From Octopus bimaculoides (lineage: Eukaryota), in the NCBI RefSeq assembly GCF_001194135.2, contig NC_068996.1:23729431-23793430 (forward strand): a stretch of 64,000 bases of DNA, read 5' to 3'. Shown piece by piece: positions 14,311 to 27,915 of the stretch. The notes beneath the pieces were generated by a model. It saw only the letters and a list, made by a program, of their open reading frames with translations. It made no database searches and was not told the origin of the DNA. Within the stretch, counting starts at the first letter, position 1, and every line of letters begins with the position of its first letter. A program made the position numbers and the translations under genes.

Positions 14311-14913
14311 NNNNNNNNNNNNNNNNNNNNNNNNNNNNNNNNNNNNNNNNNNNNNNNNNNNNNNNNNNNNNNNNNNNNNNNNNNNNNNNNNNNNNNNNNN
14401 NNNNNNNNNNNNNNNNNNNNNNNNNNNNNNNNNNNNNNNNNNNNNNNNNNNNNNNNNNNNNNNNNNNNNNNNNNNNNNNNNNNNNNNNNNNNNNNNNNNN
14501 NNNNNNNNNNNNNNNNNNNNNNNNNNNNNNNNNNNNNNNNNNNNNNNNNNNNNNNNNNNNNNNNNNNNNNNNNNNNNNNNNNNNNNNNNNNNNNNNNNNN
14601 NNNNNNNNNNNNNNNNNNNNNNNNNNNNNNNNNNNNNNNNNNNNNNNNNNNNNNNNNNNNNNNNNNNNNNNNNNNNNNNNNNNNNNNNNNNNNNNNNNNN
14701 NNNNNNNNNNNNNNNNNNNNNNNNNNNNNNNNNNNNNNNNNNNNNNNNNNNNNNNNNNNNNNNNNNNNNNNNNNNNNNNNNNNNNNNNNNNNNNNNNNNN
14801 NNNNNNNNNNNNNNNNNNNNNNNNNNNNNNNNNNNNNNNNNNNNNNNNNNNNNNNNNNNNNNNNNNNNNNNNNNNNNNNNNNNNNNNNNNNNNNNNNNNN
14901 NNNNNNNNNNNNN
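14311..14913. other. assembly gap (others at 163-1041, 4642-5136, 22185-22716, 47584-48114, 51126-51847, 56647-56751, 62576-63358)
   Basis: Runs of N. Confidence 1.
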
Positions 14914-15305
14914 CAACTATTTTACAGAATAAAAAACACCATTTGAGCGTAAAAAGCACCATTTGAACGTGATCATTACCAGTGTCGCCTTACTGGCATG
15001 TGAAAAAACATTCAAGCAAGGTCGTTGCCAGTGCCACTGGACTGGCTTCTGTGCAGGTAGCACGTAAAAAAACACCATTTGAGTGTGGCCATTGCCAGTA
15101 CCGCCTGACTGGCCTTCGTGCCCATGGCATGTAAAAGCACCCACTACACTCTCTGAGTGGTTGGCGTTAGGAAGGGCATCCAGCTGTAGAAACTCTGCCA
15201 AATCAGATTGGAGCCTGGTGCAGCTATTTGGTTTCACCAGTCCTCAGTCAAATCGTCCAACCCATGCTAGCATGGAAAACAGACGTTAAATGATGATGAT
15301 GATGA
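14914..15305 (+). mobile_element. SINE/LINE-tail repeat with internal ~65-bp subrepeats (others at about 4100-4430, 7085-7345, 18250-18450 -, 40770-40925 -)
   Basis: Repeated gcacgtaaaaagcacc...gccagt units, then ggcgttaggaagggcatccagctgtagaaac and a (GAT)n tail. Confidence 0.75.
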
Positions 15306-15805
15306 TAAACCAGGTGCTTTTCTTGTGGCACCAACAGCAGTGAAGTTACCAAGTAACTTGAAAGGCAAGACCACACTCAACTGAGGGAGGGAGTAGTAAT
15401 GAGGGAGATGGCTTTGTTCCAAATGAGATGAGTAGAGGGACAGAAATAGATGTATTTAGTTATGTGCCTTAAAGACTTGAGTCCAAGTCTCATCAAGGTT
15501 GACTTTGGCTCCTTGGCTTTTAATCCTTCTGAAGTTGATAACAGACAATTAAGTACCAGTCAAATAAAACAGAGGTGGTTTTAATTAGTAATGTTTATAA
15601 TAATGTCTTGGGTGCAGGTATGGCTATGTGGTTAGATATTTGCTTCCCAGACACATATTTCCAGGTTCACTTCCCTTGTGTGGCACCTTAGGCAAGTGTC
15701 TTCTACTATAGCCATGGGCTGACCAGAGCCTTGTGAGTGGATTTGGCAAATGGGAACTGAAAGAAGCCTGTTATATGTGTATGTGTTAAAAATTTTGTGT
15801 TAAAC

Positions 15806-16030
15806 ATGAGAATTCTTCTACAGAGACATTGAGCATGCTTCGGCAAGCTTACAATAAGGCAATGGGTCGTATGCAATATTTTGAGTGGCATGGGCGCTTA
15901 AAAAACAAAAGAATGCCCCTTGAAGATGATGAACAATCTAAAAGACCCTTTGGAAATGTGGAGAAAATTCATCAGGTTGTGATTGAGGATCGTCAGAGGA
16001 CTATCAATGACATTTTGAAGCATTTGAGGA
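15806..16030 (+). mobile_element. mariner transposase N-terminal fragment
   Basis: ORF 15829..16050 (YFEWHGRLKN...LEDDEQSKRP...VEKIHQVVIEDRQRTINDI) parallels 17075..17395. Ends approximate. Confidence 0.7.
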
Positions 16031-16827
16031 AGAACATTTGGCAAAAGTAACTGGATCTGTGGAGTGTGAAGAATTGGATTTTTCATGGCATGTGTGTGTG
16101 TGTGTTTGTCTTCCACCATCACTTGAAAACTGGTATTGATGGTGTTTATGTCTCTGTAACCTGGCGGTTTGGCAAAAGAGACTGATAGGATGTGTACCAG
16201 GCTGGAGCCACAGAGACAAGTAAAATATAGAAAAAAAATAGATGTTTATAAAAGTGTTTTAAATTTTATTTCATTCTTATTTTGTTCTTTTACTTGTTTT
16301 AAGTCTGTTAGCTTTTCCATTGGCCTCTATCTTTTTTGCTGGACCTCTAAGCTCTGGGGATGTAAATAAACTAATACCAATTATCAAGAAGGTGTAGCTG
16401 TGTGTTAGAGGAGTTTGCTTCCAAACTACTTGGTCTTGGGTTCAATCCCACTGCATGGCACTTTGGGCAAGTGTCTTATGATTGAATTTGGTAGATGGAA
16501 ACTGAAAGTGCATATATGAGAATATATATGAGTGTGTATGTGTGAGTGTGTGTGTATGTGTGTTACTGTCTCCTTGCCTTAATTTTACGTAATAGTTGCA
16601 AATGAGCATCAGTTATGTGAGCAGTGTTCTTCATTCCCAGTCTTTTGTGAAAACATATCTGATGATTGGAATACTACCTTACTTGAAAACAGGTGAGGGT
16701 TAGTGACAGGGAGGGCATCCAGATGCATTCAGACAGCAAATTCTGTCTGACCCATGCAAGCATGGTAAGATTAGTCCACAACACTTTGTAAGGAGTACAG
16801 AGCCAGTTTCCCAGTTTCTCAGGTGTA

Positions 16828-17693
16828 TGAGGTGGTATCAAAAGTTTCCTGAACTAGTTATGTTTAATAAAAAATTACTTACCTATGTTTTAACATCATC
16901 ATCTTGAAAATAGTCACATTGCACAGCAATATACTGGTCCCAGTATTCCTGCCACTTTTGGAATCTGGCCTGGGAGTTGTTTTCTGTGAATGAGTTGAGG
17001 ACCTTTTGCAATTTGCTCTTGAGCTCAACAATGGTGTTAAAACATCGACCTTTGAGTTGCATTTTCATCAGGTGCTAAATCTGGTGAATAGGATGAGTAC
17101 AGAAGTGACACCATGTTGTTTTGGGGGAGAAACGCACAAGTGAGGAGAGCTTACTGACAGGGTGCATTGTCGTTGTGAAGAACCCAGATGTTAGGATTAC
17201 CTGCATGGACCCATATGACAAACCAATATCAGCAATGTCATTGATTGTCCTCCAACGATCCTCATGCACAAGCAGATGAACTTTCTCCACATTTCCAGGT
17301 GTGATGCTTGAGACAGGTCTTCCAGATTGTTCATTGTCTTCCAGAGATGTTCTTCTGCTTTTCAAGTCTCCATGCCACTCAAATCTTGCATACAATCCAT
17401 TACCTCATCGCTGTAAGCTTGCTGAAGCATGCTCAATGTCTTTGTAGCAGACTTCCCAAGTTTAACACAAAATTTCATGTTGGCTCTTTATTTCTGTCTA
17501 TGACAAAATTGCAGACTATAACATATACATGATCACAAAAACACAAATTTCACAACTTGCAAAGTAAACACCACAATGTCACTCGGTACACTGCCCCATG
17601 AAGGTCACTGCTAGCTCTCACTGTGCACACAAACATGTGCTGCCATCTGTTGGTGCTCTACAGAACTAGTCTGGGAACTTTTTGATACCTCCT
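16828..17693 (-). mobile_element. internally deleted mariner, same family as 2096-2696
   Basis: TIRs TGAGGTGGTATCAAAAGTTTCC / GGAACTTTTTGATACCTCCT with TA flanks. Minus-strand ORF remnants 17075..17395 (HTH region) and 16883..17068 (C-terminus). Confidence 0.85.
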
Positions 17694-18082
17694 TAGACAA
17701 GATGCTGTCTTTGTGAGTGATTGCAAGGGCTCTTGTTAAAGCTGCTCAATATTAAGCAGAGCATAGTATGATGATGTTTTAGTCTGAACAATACAGACAA
17801 ATATATCCTTTTATAAGACTGTAGGACACAGTTTAAAAATTTGGTACTATTTTCACCAGGTCGGCTGCCCCTCATAGAAATTTCCTCATTGTCTGAAATC
17901 CATGAAGTCAATGAAACAGGTGAAAATATAAATGAATATACGTCCTAATATTACTTTTAGAACAATTGTTTTTCCCCTGTAATTTTATATAAATTTAGCT
18001 AATTGACCACAGCAGTTTGTTTTCTTATGACATCATTGTTATATTCCTAATTCTTCCTTGCCATCTTTCTCTATCTTTCTAG

Positions 18083-18190
18083 GTTTTGACTCTAGCAGGA
18101 CTATTTTCAGGTCTCACTGAAGCTGTTATTATCAATCCCTTTGAAGTGGTCAAAGTTAAATTACAGGCTGAAAGGGACAACATAAAGGGG
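18083..18190 (+). CDS. SLC25A21: SLC25A21 coding exon (108 nt, phase 0-0): VLTLAGLFSGLTEAVIINPFEVVKVKLQAERDNIKG
   Basis: ctttctag acceptor and GTAAGT donor at 18191. Second carrier signature NPFEVVKVK; overlaps ORF-track entry 18086..18307. Confidence 0.95.
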
Positions 18191-20728
18191 GTAAGTAAGT
18201 GTATATATGATAATCATCACTATCGTTATCATCATCATCATCATCATCAACATCCATTTTCCATACTGGCATGGGTTGGGCTGTTCAACTGGAGCTGCAT
18301 GAATTAGAGGACTGCATCAAGCTCCAGTGTCAGCTCTTGTATGGTTACTATGGGTGGATGCCTTTCCGAATGCCAACCACTTTACAAAGTATACTGGGTG
18401 CTTTTTACAGGGCACCAACACTAGTGAGATCACCAAGTAACTTGCAAGACAAACCCCCTTCACAGTGTGGTGGTTGTGGTGCAGTATTGAGGGCAGTGGC
18501 TTTGTGCCAAGTGATGAGATGTTAACATATGAAAGAGAAACAGGAACAAATACAGGAGATGTATGGTTACCCCAGTTGAAAGGGAAGGATGATGGCAGTG
18601 AAGATATGTTAGAGCATATCTTCCATGTGGAAGAAGGTTGAATAATTTATTTAGTTGTGTGTACATCAGCAAATAATAGGAACACTAAAGTGCCATGTTG
18701 AATAGTTAGTTTTGTCTTTCTGTGTTCTATTTCCAAAGCCTACAAGAGCGACAGCTTTGTTATTAATCCAGCTGGAGTTAATGCTGTAACTACCAGTTAT
18801 ATATTGGAGTCAATTTCAAAAGAACAGCAACTGCATTGATCACACATTCAAGATGAACACCACCTACATGACTTCAATGGTTGTAGTTACTTGATTTGTT
18901 AGGAATGGCAGCCAAGTCTCCTTGGTTGAATCACAACCAACTGTTTTAATTAAACAGAACACGTTGACAGTGAAGTTCATGATTTACTAAAAGACCAGAT
19001 GATCATGACTGGAGTGCTTTTGATCAAGGTTGACCTGGAGATACACAGCAACAGTGTCAACCACACTGAATGTTTTTCTGGTCTGTCAGGACCTTCAGAA
19101 GTCATAGACCATAATCTGTTACCTTTCCCAAGTTACTATCATTCTTGAAGAATATATGGCGTTGCAGGTAGAGTCTAGTGGAAATGTGGCATTGTGGTCT
19201 GGTGCATAGGTAGAAAGGCAGGTTTGAGCCAATGAGATAAAGTAGCGGAGTACTAAGGTGAAAATGTAACCTTGTGTTCAGGTGACATTGTAGTATTGTA
19301 CCATTGTATCAATGTGATCTACTACTTTAGTAAGGTAGTTTTGTGCCAATATGTAAATGTGGTTCTATGATAATGTATCAATATGATCTTGTGTCAATAT
19401 GGCACAATGCAAAATTAAATACAGATAATCTGTTATAACAGGAGATAAATTAATTGAGTAATGATTATTTCCGATATATTTTGAGTGTTAAATTTATTAT
19501 AAATTCTTTGTGTATTCACAAATAAACAAAGACATGATTGTATGGTAAAGAAGTTCACTTTGTCATAACATGTTTCTGGCTTCAGTTCCACTGTGTAGCA
19601 CCTGGCCAATGCCTTGGATCAACCAAAGTGGTTTAACATTAGGTAGACAGAAACTGTATCTGCCAAATTCCCATGTATGGGATTGTTCTTCTTACCTAGT
19701 CCTATATCTTTTACTTGTTTCAGTCATTAGATTGTGGCCATGCTGGGGCACCACCTTGAAAAATTTTTAGTTGAAACAAAGCACCCCCAGTACTTCTCTT
19801 TTTTAAGGCACCCCCAGTCTCTTTTTTTAAAGCCTGGTACTTATTCTGTTCTCTTATGCTGAACTGCTAAGTCATCGGGGACGTAAACACCCCAACACTG
19901 GTTGTCAAGCAGTGGTGGGGGACAAACACTGGTACACGCACACACACATACATACACACAGTTTCCATCTGCTAAATCCACTCTCAAGGCTTTGGTTGGC
20001 CTGAGGCTTGAGTAGAAGACACTTGCCTAAGGTTCCATGCAGTGGAACTGAACCCAGAATCATGTGATTGAGAAGCAAGCTTCTTATCACACAGCCATGT
20101 CTGTGCCTATTGTTTACATTTTCTCTCTGAAATCTGCCGTTTTTATGCTTACCTTCACAAATATCCTGCCTTTGCTTTAATTAATTTTTCGAGTAATGAA
20201 GAATTTAGTAAAAAAAAAAAACTGCATCATTATTAAGCTGGTGCTTGGGACAAATCCACATGAAATTTTGATGGAAGGTTTTAATTTAGATCACTTTGAC
20301 CCTTTTCTGTTGTAATACACTACTTTTGTTTCAATTAATTTTGAAAATAACGAAGAATTTAGCAAAATAAATTGTTAAGGTGGTATTTGGAACATAAATA
20401 AACATGAAATTTTGATGGAAGGTTTTAATTTCAATCACATTAAAACAGGATGTGTGTGTCATAGAAGCAGGAATAGCATCAGGTGGGTTGATATCAAAAG
20501 GGTTAACATTAACCTTCAGGCAGTATCAGTGCAACACAGTGAGTGTGTGACAAGGCTGACACTTTGAGAAACAGGTACAATCTATTTGATGAACTTGTGA
20601 CATAGTTTCTGTCTACTTACTATTGCTTACAAGAGATAGGTTAATCCAAGGATAATGATACTTTTCTAAGATGTCAAGTAATGGAATTGAACCCGGAAAC
20701 TCATGACTGTGAAGCATATATGCATGTA

Positions 20729-20760
<32 letters not shown>

Positions 20761-23700
20761 AGACTATAGTAGAAGACTGCACCTGGAACCATGCTGTTGG
20801 GAAGCAAGCTTCTTACCACACAACCACACCCCATTAAATATATATATATAGGCCACCAGCTATTAGGGTCTGAGAGATACTGTACTGTTGAGTGCTTTAT
20901 GGATGTGAAACCCAGCTAACCCCATAGACCAACCATAACTATCTTTATCTAAATACTCTACTGCTCTGTAACTTAGAGTGTGCTTCTCTTTTGGATTTAT
21001 GGTTTACTGATGATATATATATATATACACACATATGACAGACTTCTTTCAGTTTCTGTCTACCACATCCACTCACAAGGCTCTGGTTGACCTGAGGCTA
21101 TAGTAGAAGGCACTTACTGAAGATGCCACACATGATTGGGAAGCAAGCTTCTTACCTCACAGCCACGTCTGCGCCTACATTATATATTTTAGACAATAAA
21201 ATCTTAACCTTTCTAAACACTCTGTGACTCTCCTGACCCCTATAGCATCATCATGACATTTACCACCTTGTGAATGTACTTCCCACCACCACCACCACTA
21301 GGGGGTTTTACTACTCAGCTGGAAATCCTGATTTATCTGGTAATAATTGCTTTAACCTGGGTTACTTTAACATTGGTGTAAACTGGCTGTCATTATGTGT
21401 TGCTCTATAATGATAGCTCTTCCTTTCACATCACATCAACCACCACCATTATCACCAACACTATCACCACTACCACTAGCACCACCACAACAACAACAGC
21501 AATAACAGCTACTGCTACAAACTTTTTACAATGGAACGAGCAAACAGCAGTTTTACAATAATTAACTTTTAAAGCTTTACTCCATTGAATTTGGCACTCT
21601 TCATCAAGAGATATAGATTTGGTAGAATAAACGCGATGAAAACATGAGTTCTATGGCCCTCGAGTCACTTTTCTAACTTTCTGCCAATTATAAAAAATTT
21701 AAAAAAGATGTTCAGCAATATAAGAATTCAAACCAGTGTATTTCATGTGGAAAATACAGCAGCAACCTGGACTCTGTCACTTTTTGGTTTATTTTGAAAT
21801 AGAGTATTCCAAAAGGGGAAACAATTAAAAAAAATTTAACATCTAACTTATTTTTGAATCATTCCCCTTGAATCATTCTCCTTTGAATTATCTCCCTTGC
21901 TTAGTAGTCTCCATTATCGTGGTTATTGATTTGAATTATCCCCCTGCTCAGAGATCTCTAGTATACTTTAATTTATTTAAATTATCTCCCCTGTCATCGT
22001 TAGTATTAATTTTTAATTCATCGCGATTCGCTGATGAAAGAGCTACAAATTGGTAGTCTTAAAGTCCTGCAGAGACTTCTTTAGCCGCATTCGTTTTGTA
22101 TTAAATTGCTGTCTAGGTCAGGTTTGCCTTTCATCCTATCATGTTTGAAAAAATAAAATACCAGTCTAACACTGAGATTGTCTTNNNNNNNNNNNNNNNN
22201 NNNNNNNNNNNNNNNNNNNNNNNNNNNNNNNNNNNNNNNNNNNNNNNNNNNNNNNNNNNNNNNNNNNNNNNNNNNNNNNNNNNNNNNNNNNNNNNNNNNN
22301 NNNNNNNNNNNNNNNNNNNNNNNNNNNNNNNNNNNNNNNNNNNNNNNNNNNNNNNNNNNNNNNNNNNNNNNNNNNNNNNNNNNNNNNNNNNNNNNNNNNN
22401 NNNNNNNNNNNNNNNNNNNNNNNNNNNNNNNNNNNNNNNNNNNNNNNNNNNNNNNNNNNNNNNNNNNNNNNNNNNNNNNNNNNNNNNNNNNNNNNNNNNN
22501 NNNNNNNNNNNNNNNNNNNNNNNNNNNNNNNNNNNNNNNNNNNNNNNNNNNNNNNNNNNNNNNNNNNNNNNNNNNNNNNNNNNNNNNNNNNNNNNNNNNN
22601 NNNNNNNNNNNNNNNNNNNNNNNNNNNNNNNNNNNNNNNNNNNNNNNNNNNNNNNNNNNNNNNNNNNNNNNNNNNNNNNNNNNNNNNNNNNNNNNNNNNN
22701 NNNNNNNNNNNNNNNNGTAAATTAAATTTTTTGGGGAAAAAATTGAAATTTCACAAACAATTTTTTTTCAGAATCATAATCTCCGTATTTTTGTACATAT
22801 TTCGCAAAAAAAAACAACAAAAAAACCCCCCAAAATTCCAGAAAAAGTGAAAAAAGAAGAAATGGAGGGGGTGGGGAATGGAAATTTTGAAGTTGCGACT
22901 CTTGAAAAATTATTTTTCAGAATCAGAATCTCCATAGCCTAAGACGTGAGATTCCATTAAAAAAAAAAAAAAAGAATTAAAATGTGGAAGGGTTCTGTTT
23001 ACATCTCTGGCATGTGAGCCATCATCATCATCATTATCATCATCACTTAATGTCTAACCATCTTCAGAACTGTGTCATTCCCCAATGTTAACTTTGGCAT
23101 GGTTTCTGTAGCTGAACATTCTAACCCTAACAGAACCACTTTACAGATTGTACCGGGAGCTTCTTTTGTAACCTCGGCACTAGTCAGGTCACCAAATTAC
23201 TTGCATGACAAAATATTAAAAAAAAAAAAAGTAAAAACCCCTTCGACTGAATGAGTGTTTGAGAGAGAGGGAGGTGGCTTTATATCAAGTGTTGAAGGCT
23301 GGAGTATGATATTTGGACAGGCAAAGGTGTCTTGCTGTAGAGAAGATATATGGCTTCCCTGTAATATATAGGGGTGGGAGTAGCTAGAAGAGAGATAAAG
23401 ATGGTAGTAAAAGTGTGCCAGAACATACACACAAGGTATAAGAAGAGAAGTATAAAGGAGAATATAGACTTGTATTCTCTATAAAACTCTTGAGTGAAAA
23501 TAGTACTGCTGCTCTTGGCTTCTGCAAAATCTTCAGCCATATATGGCCCAGGAACACTTAAAACTGGCTCTTTAAGACTTTTGCTCATGGATTAGATGTC
23601 AATTATATTAAAAAAAAAAAAATCTATTCATCAGGAGAGAAGGCAGTATTCATGACACTACTAGGGCCTCTGAAATTGGTTTGAGGGAGGGAACGTATTC

Positions 23701-24662
23701 TTAAATTGGATACCTGGCCTGTGTGTTTGTTATGGAGAAGATTCTGCTAAAGGTACCTAAGATGCCTGGCAATAGCAGTTAATCGAGGTGACGGATTAAA
23801 TGTACCACCTAAGCAGACCATGTGCAAAGAACCAAATCAAATATCACAAGGCATCTATTCTGGTATTTTGTCTGATCCTCTAATGATTCTATGACTGATC
23901 TACCGGAGTTTTAATCACCACATTTCTAGTTAGCTTTTTAATTTGGGTATGCAGGCATTTTGAAAATACTTTACTGAGTGACAACCATACCCTGCATAGT
24001 TACAGGCTGCTTTTTGGCAGAGCATAGCAACCATTCAGTCACCTTGCCGGGATACGATGAAGTCATGGGACTGCAGCATGGTGGATTGTGAAGAGGTAGC
24101 AGAAGAGCTCAACTGAGCCAACATTGATGCTGAGCAGAGGAATCTTAGAAGATCAACGGTCAGTATCAACAAGCTCTATCAAGAGAGTAACTGTGACACA
24201 TCCATGGTTGTGTAACCAGCTAATGAAAGATTCACGATGACTCAAGCTCTCAATTCAAATTCATAATTATGGAATTGGATGGTGAAAGAGTCATGGGATT
24301 TTTTTGAAACAGCACAACCAAGAAGAAGAGCTTATGACTAACACTCCCTTCTTCACTAATGATAGCATTGACTTAACTATCATTCTTTCCCCCACTATGC
24401 TTAAAAAAATAAACTACAGCCAACAACAACAAAAAGTGAAATTCAATAAAATGACCACCCACTCCAATATGGTTCTGAATACTGTACCCACCCCACCGCC
24501 ATATTTACATTTGAACAGTGTTATAAACGGACTTATTTTCAGATGTCTCAATTACCTAGTAAAACATACAAATACTAATTATATCAGTTAAATTAATTAT
24601 TTAAATAATTATAAACTTTTAACTTATAATTATAATTATCCATTTTTTAAAAACCTGAACAG

Positions 24663-24827
24663 CAAAAGAGTACTGTTGCTACTGCCAGAGAAATATTCAA
24701 AGAACATGGATTTGGTCGGAATGGATTGAATAAAGGATTAACATCAACTTTAGGCCGACATGGAATCTTCAACATGATATATTTCAGTCTTTACCATAAT
24801 GTGAAGAATACATTTCCTGAAACTGAG
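24663..24827 (+). CDS. SLC25A21: SLC25A21 coding exon (165 nt, phase 0-0): QKSTVATAREIFKEHGFGRNGLNKGLTSTLGRHGIFNMIYFSLYHNVKNTFPETE
   Basis: AG at 24661-24662 and GTAAAT donor at 24828. GLNKGLTSTLGRHGIFNMIYF is ODC-typical, and the exon is in frame with both neighbours. Confidence 0.95.
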
Positions 24828-25632
24828 GTAAATTTTCATCATTGATTTTTAAAAAGATTATATTTTTACCAAAAATGTAAGTGTGTTGTATTACAAAATA
24901 TTGGGTGAAATCTTCCTGGAAACCATCCACATGACTAGCTTCTTAGAATCCTGAAAGTGCACAAATTTGAGGATGAAGTCATGAATTTCTTCCCAAAGAA
25001 CAATGAAGAAGTAAGAGACAGTTCTTAATGGTGTCTAACTACAAATAACATGATTGTAAGTTCTATCTTGACAGAAATATCTTCTGGGATATTTCAAAGT
25101 GATAATATATTTGATCATTTTTAAGATGGCAAGCTGGCAGAACATTAGAATGCTGGGCGAAATGCTTAGTGATATTTTGTCTGTCTGTACATTCTGAGTT
25201 AAATTCCGCTGAGGTTGACTTTGCCTTTCATCTTTTCGGGGTTGGTAAATTAAGTACCAGTTGCATACTGGGGTTGATCTAATCGACTTGTGCCTAGAGT
25301 AGAAAAGAATATATTTGGTTATTACATTATTCTGTGATGACATCTTGGTGAACTTCTTCCAAAAGAACAATAAAGAAACAGAAGATAGTTTTTATGGCAT
25401 CCAACAAGACACACCATGGTTATAAGTTCCAGCCTAATTAAAGAAATAAGGAATATCTAATGGGATATTTGAAAGTGATAATATTATTTATTTTATTGTA
25501 CAGGGTAGGCCAAAAGTCAGACACAAAATAAGTTTATTACACTCTGGAATTGTCAATGATATACTTCAATTTTTCTAAAATTGAATAAAATAAATAAAGT
25601 AATAATGAATACACATGTACATGATGAACAAA

Positions 25633-25670
<38 letters not shown>

Positions 25671-25672
25671 CA

Positions 25673-26040
25673 GTGGAGGCGCAATGGCCCACTGGTTAGG
25701 GCAGCGGACTCGCGGTCATAGGATCGCGGTTTCGATTCCCATACTGGGCGTTGTGAGTGTTTATTGAGCGAAAACACCTAAAGCTCCACGAGGCTCCGGC
25801 AGGAGATGGTGGTGAATCCTGCTGTACTCTTTCACCACAACTTTCTCTCACTCTTCCTTCCTGTTTCTGTTGTGCCTGTAATTCAAAGGGTCAGTCTTGT
25901 CACACTGTGTCACGCTGAATATCCCCGAGAATTACGTTAAGGGTACACATGTCTGTGGAGTGCTCAGCCACTTGCACGTTAATTTCACAAGCAGGCTGTT
26001 CCGTTGATCGGATCAACTGGAACCCTCGACGGAGTGCCAA
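25673..26040 (+). mobile_element. tRNA-derived SINE, type A
   Basis: Same head and body, inserted in an (AAT)n/(AAC)n tract. Small tail deletion between cgacg repeats. Confidence 0.88.
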
Positions 26041-26393
26041 CCAACCAACCAACCAACCAATAATAATCCTTTCTACTAAAGGAACAAGACCTGAAATTTG
26101 TGGGGAGGGAACTAGTCAATTACATAGACGCCAGTGTTTCACTGGTGCTAAATTTATCGACCTCAAAAGTATGAATGAGGGACAACCAAACCAATTCATT
26201 GTCTTCATGTTGACGTAAAATTTTAAGATACAGATGGTCCACAACTTTAGAGTGTCGTCAGTATTGTCAAGCAAGTTATTTAAAATAAATGGTGGTGATG
26301 GGATGGGGAGGAGTGGTGGTAGTGATGGTAGCAATGGTGGTGATGTTGTGTGAGGTGATATAATTTCAACATTTTTTTCTTTTTATTTTATAG

Positions 26394-26575
26394 GACAAAG
26401 TTTTGGACTTTTTAAAGAAATTTACTGTGGGCTTTATTTCTGGTGTTCTTGGATCTTGTGCTAACATTCCATTTGATGTTGCCAAGAGTCGTATCCAGGG
26501 CCCTCAGCCAGTTCCCGGTGAAATAAAATATCAGAAATGTTTCCAGTCTATGCACTTGATTTATAAAGAAGAAGG
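26394..26575 (+). CDS. SLC25A21: SLC25A21 coding exon (182 nt, phase 0-2): DKVLDFLKKFTVGFISGVLGSCANIPFDVAKSRIQGPQPVPGEIKYQKCFQSMHLIYKEEG
   Basis: tttttatttatag-type acceptor (TAG 26391-26393) and GTAAAG donor at 26576. Third signature IPFDVAKSRIQGPQPVPGEIKY matches the recalled human ODC motif. Confidence 0.97.
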
Positions 26576-27552
26576 GTAAAGTTAACATTAATTTATACAC
26601 TGTAATCTTGTCTTATGTCCAGGGCTTCATCGCTCTTGAAGGAGCAACCTCTACCTGGACTCCTACCACTGTCTGTCTCTGGTCAGTTGTATCCATGTAG
26701 ACCCCAGGTATGGGTGAGATTATCTCGCCATCTTGTTTTTGGTTGGCCTCTTAATCTTGTCCATTGCCTTGGTGTCCATTCTGTCATCCTAATTGTCTAT
26801 CTTCATTCATGTGATATGGCTACCCCATCTATATTTGTTCTCCTTGATGGTTTTCATGATGTCTTTGAATCTTGTGTGCTATTAAATCCAGACGTTGAAA
26901 TGCATTTAGGCAGTGTATATGGCAGAGATGTTAGTGTTGTAAGAAGGCAAGGATGGCTGTGTAGTTAGGAAGTTTGCTTGGCAGGCATACAGTTCTGATT
27001 TCAGTTTCACTGTGCAGTACTTTGAGTAAGTATTTTCTACTATAGCCCCATGCCAACCAAATCCTTATGAATTAATTTCGTAGATGGAAACTGTATGAGG
27101 CTCATCTTATACGTGTATACTGTTTGTGTGTGTATGTGCATGCATGTGTGTGAGTGTATGAGAGAGAGTGGGGGGAGATAGTATTTACATTCTTTGACTA
27201 CATAAGCTACAGTCAGTGTTCTTTGTTTCATTTCTGCATGTCAGCAAATTGTTCTGTGGTTCTGCACTTCTTAAGATGTACAAATAAAAAAAAAATTTGC
27301 TTAAAAAGTATGATAGTGTTAATGACAAAATAGTCATCCAACAGTAAAACAATGCATCGAAAATACATAATTCATCTCACCCACTGCTTTTCAGTGTGGA
27401 TGGTACTTTCCCCTAGACAACATTAGAAAATTTTAAATGGATATTGGGGAAAAGAGGGCATGATCGAAAAAGGGTAGTAGCATGATGAACACATCTTTTA
27501 ATTATCTTAATTTTCAAAAACATTATCAATTTTTATTCTCTATGCCAGTCCA

Positions 27553-27915
27553 TTCACCCATCCACTTTCTCTGACCACTGTTCTTGGGAGGGTCATGGGT
27601 GTAAAACTCTCAGGTACCTTCTCTATAGGATCCTATTAGAACCAACCACCTTTACACTTTTTGGTTGGATTCTCAAGCGTAACCAACTGAGACTATGGAT
27701 ATTATCCAACCATCCCATTCTTGGTCTACCTTTGGGCCTCCTGTGCAGTTGACATGGGTTGAAGAATCTGTCTTTTGAGTTATTTCTGCAACATTCTAAT
27801 CACATGTCTGGAGTACTGGAGATATAACCTCTCAATGCAGAGTAGTATGAGCTTGACCTAGAGAAACTCTCTGATCTCCAAGCTATGCACCTTATTGAGT
27901 CATGTTACATCAGTC
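27553..27915 (-). mobile_element. RTE-like LINE 3' fragment (related pieces at about 26600-26900 -, 28618-28728 +, 34480-34930 -, 42845-43250 +, 43790-44260 -)
   Basis: Visible nucleotide similarity between 27553-27915 and 34480-34830 (e.g. aactgagactatggatattatc, ctaatcacatgtctg). The other listed pieces are grouped by RT C-terminal character only. Confidence 0.6.

Noticed and set aside
24972-25490. Old ~145-bp local duplication (about 24972-25115 vs 25337-25490)
   Set aside because: Highly diverged, with no coding or structural signal; probably a fragmented old repeat.
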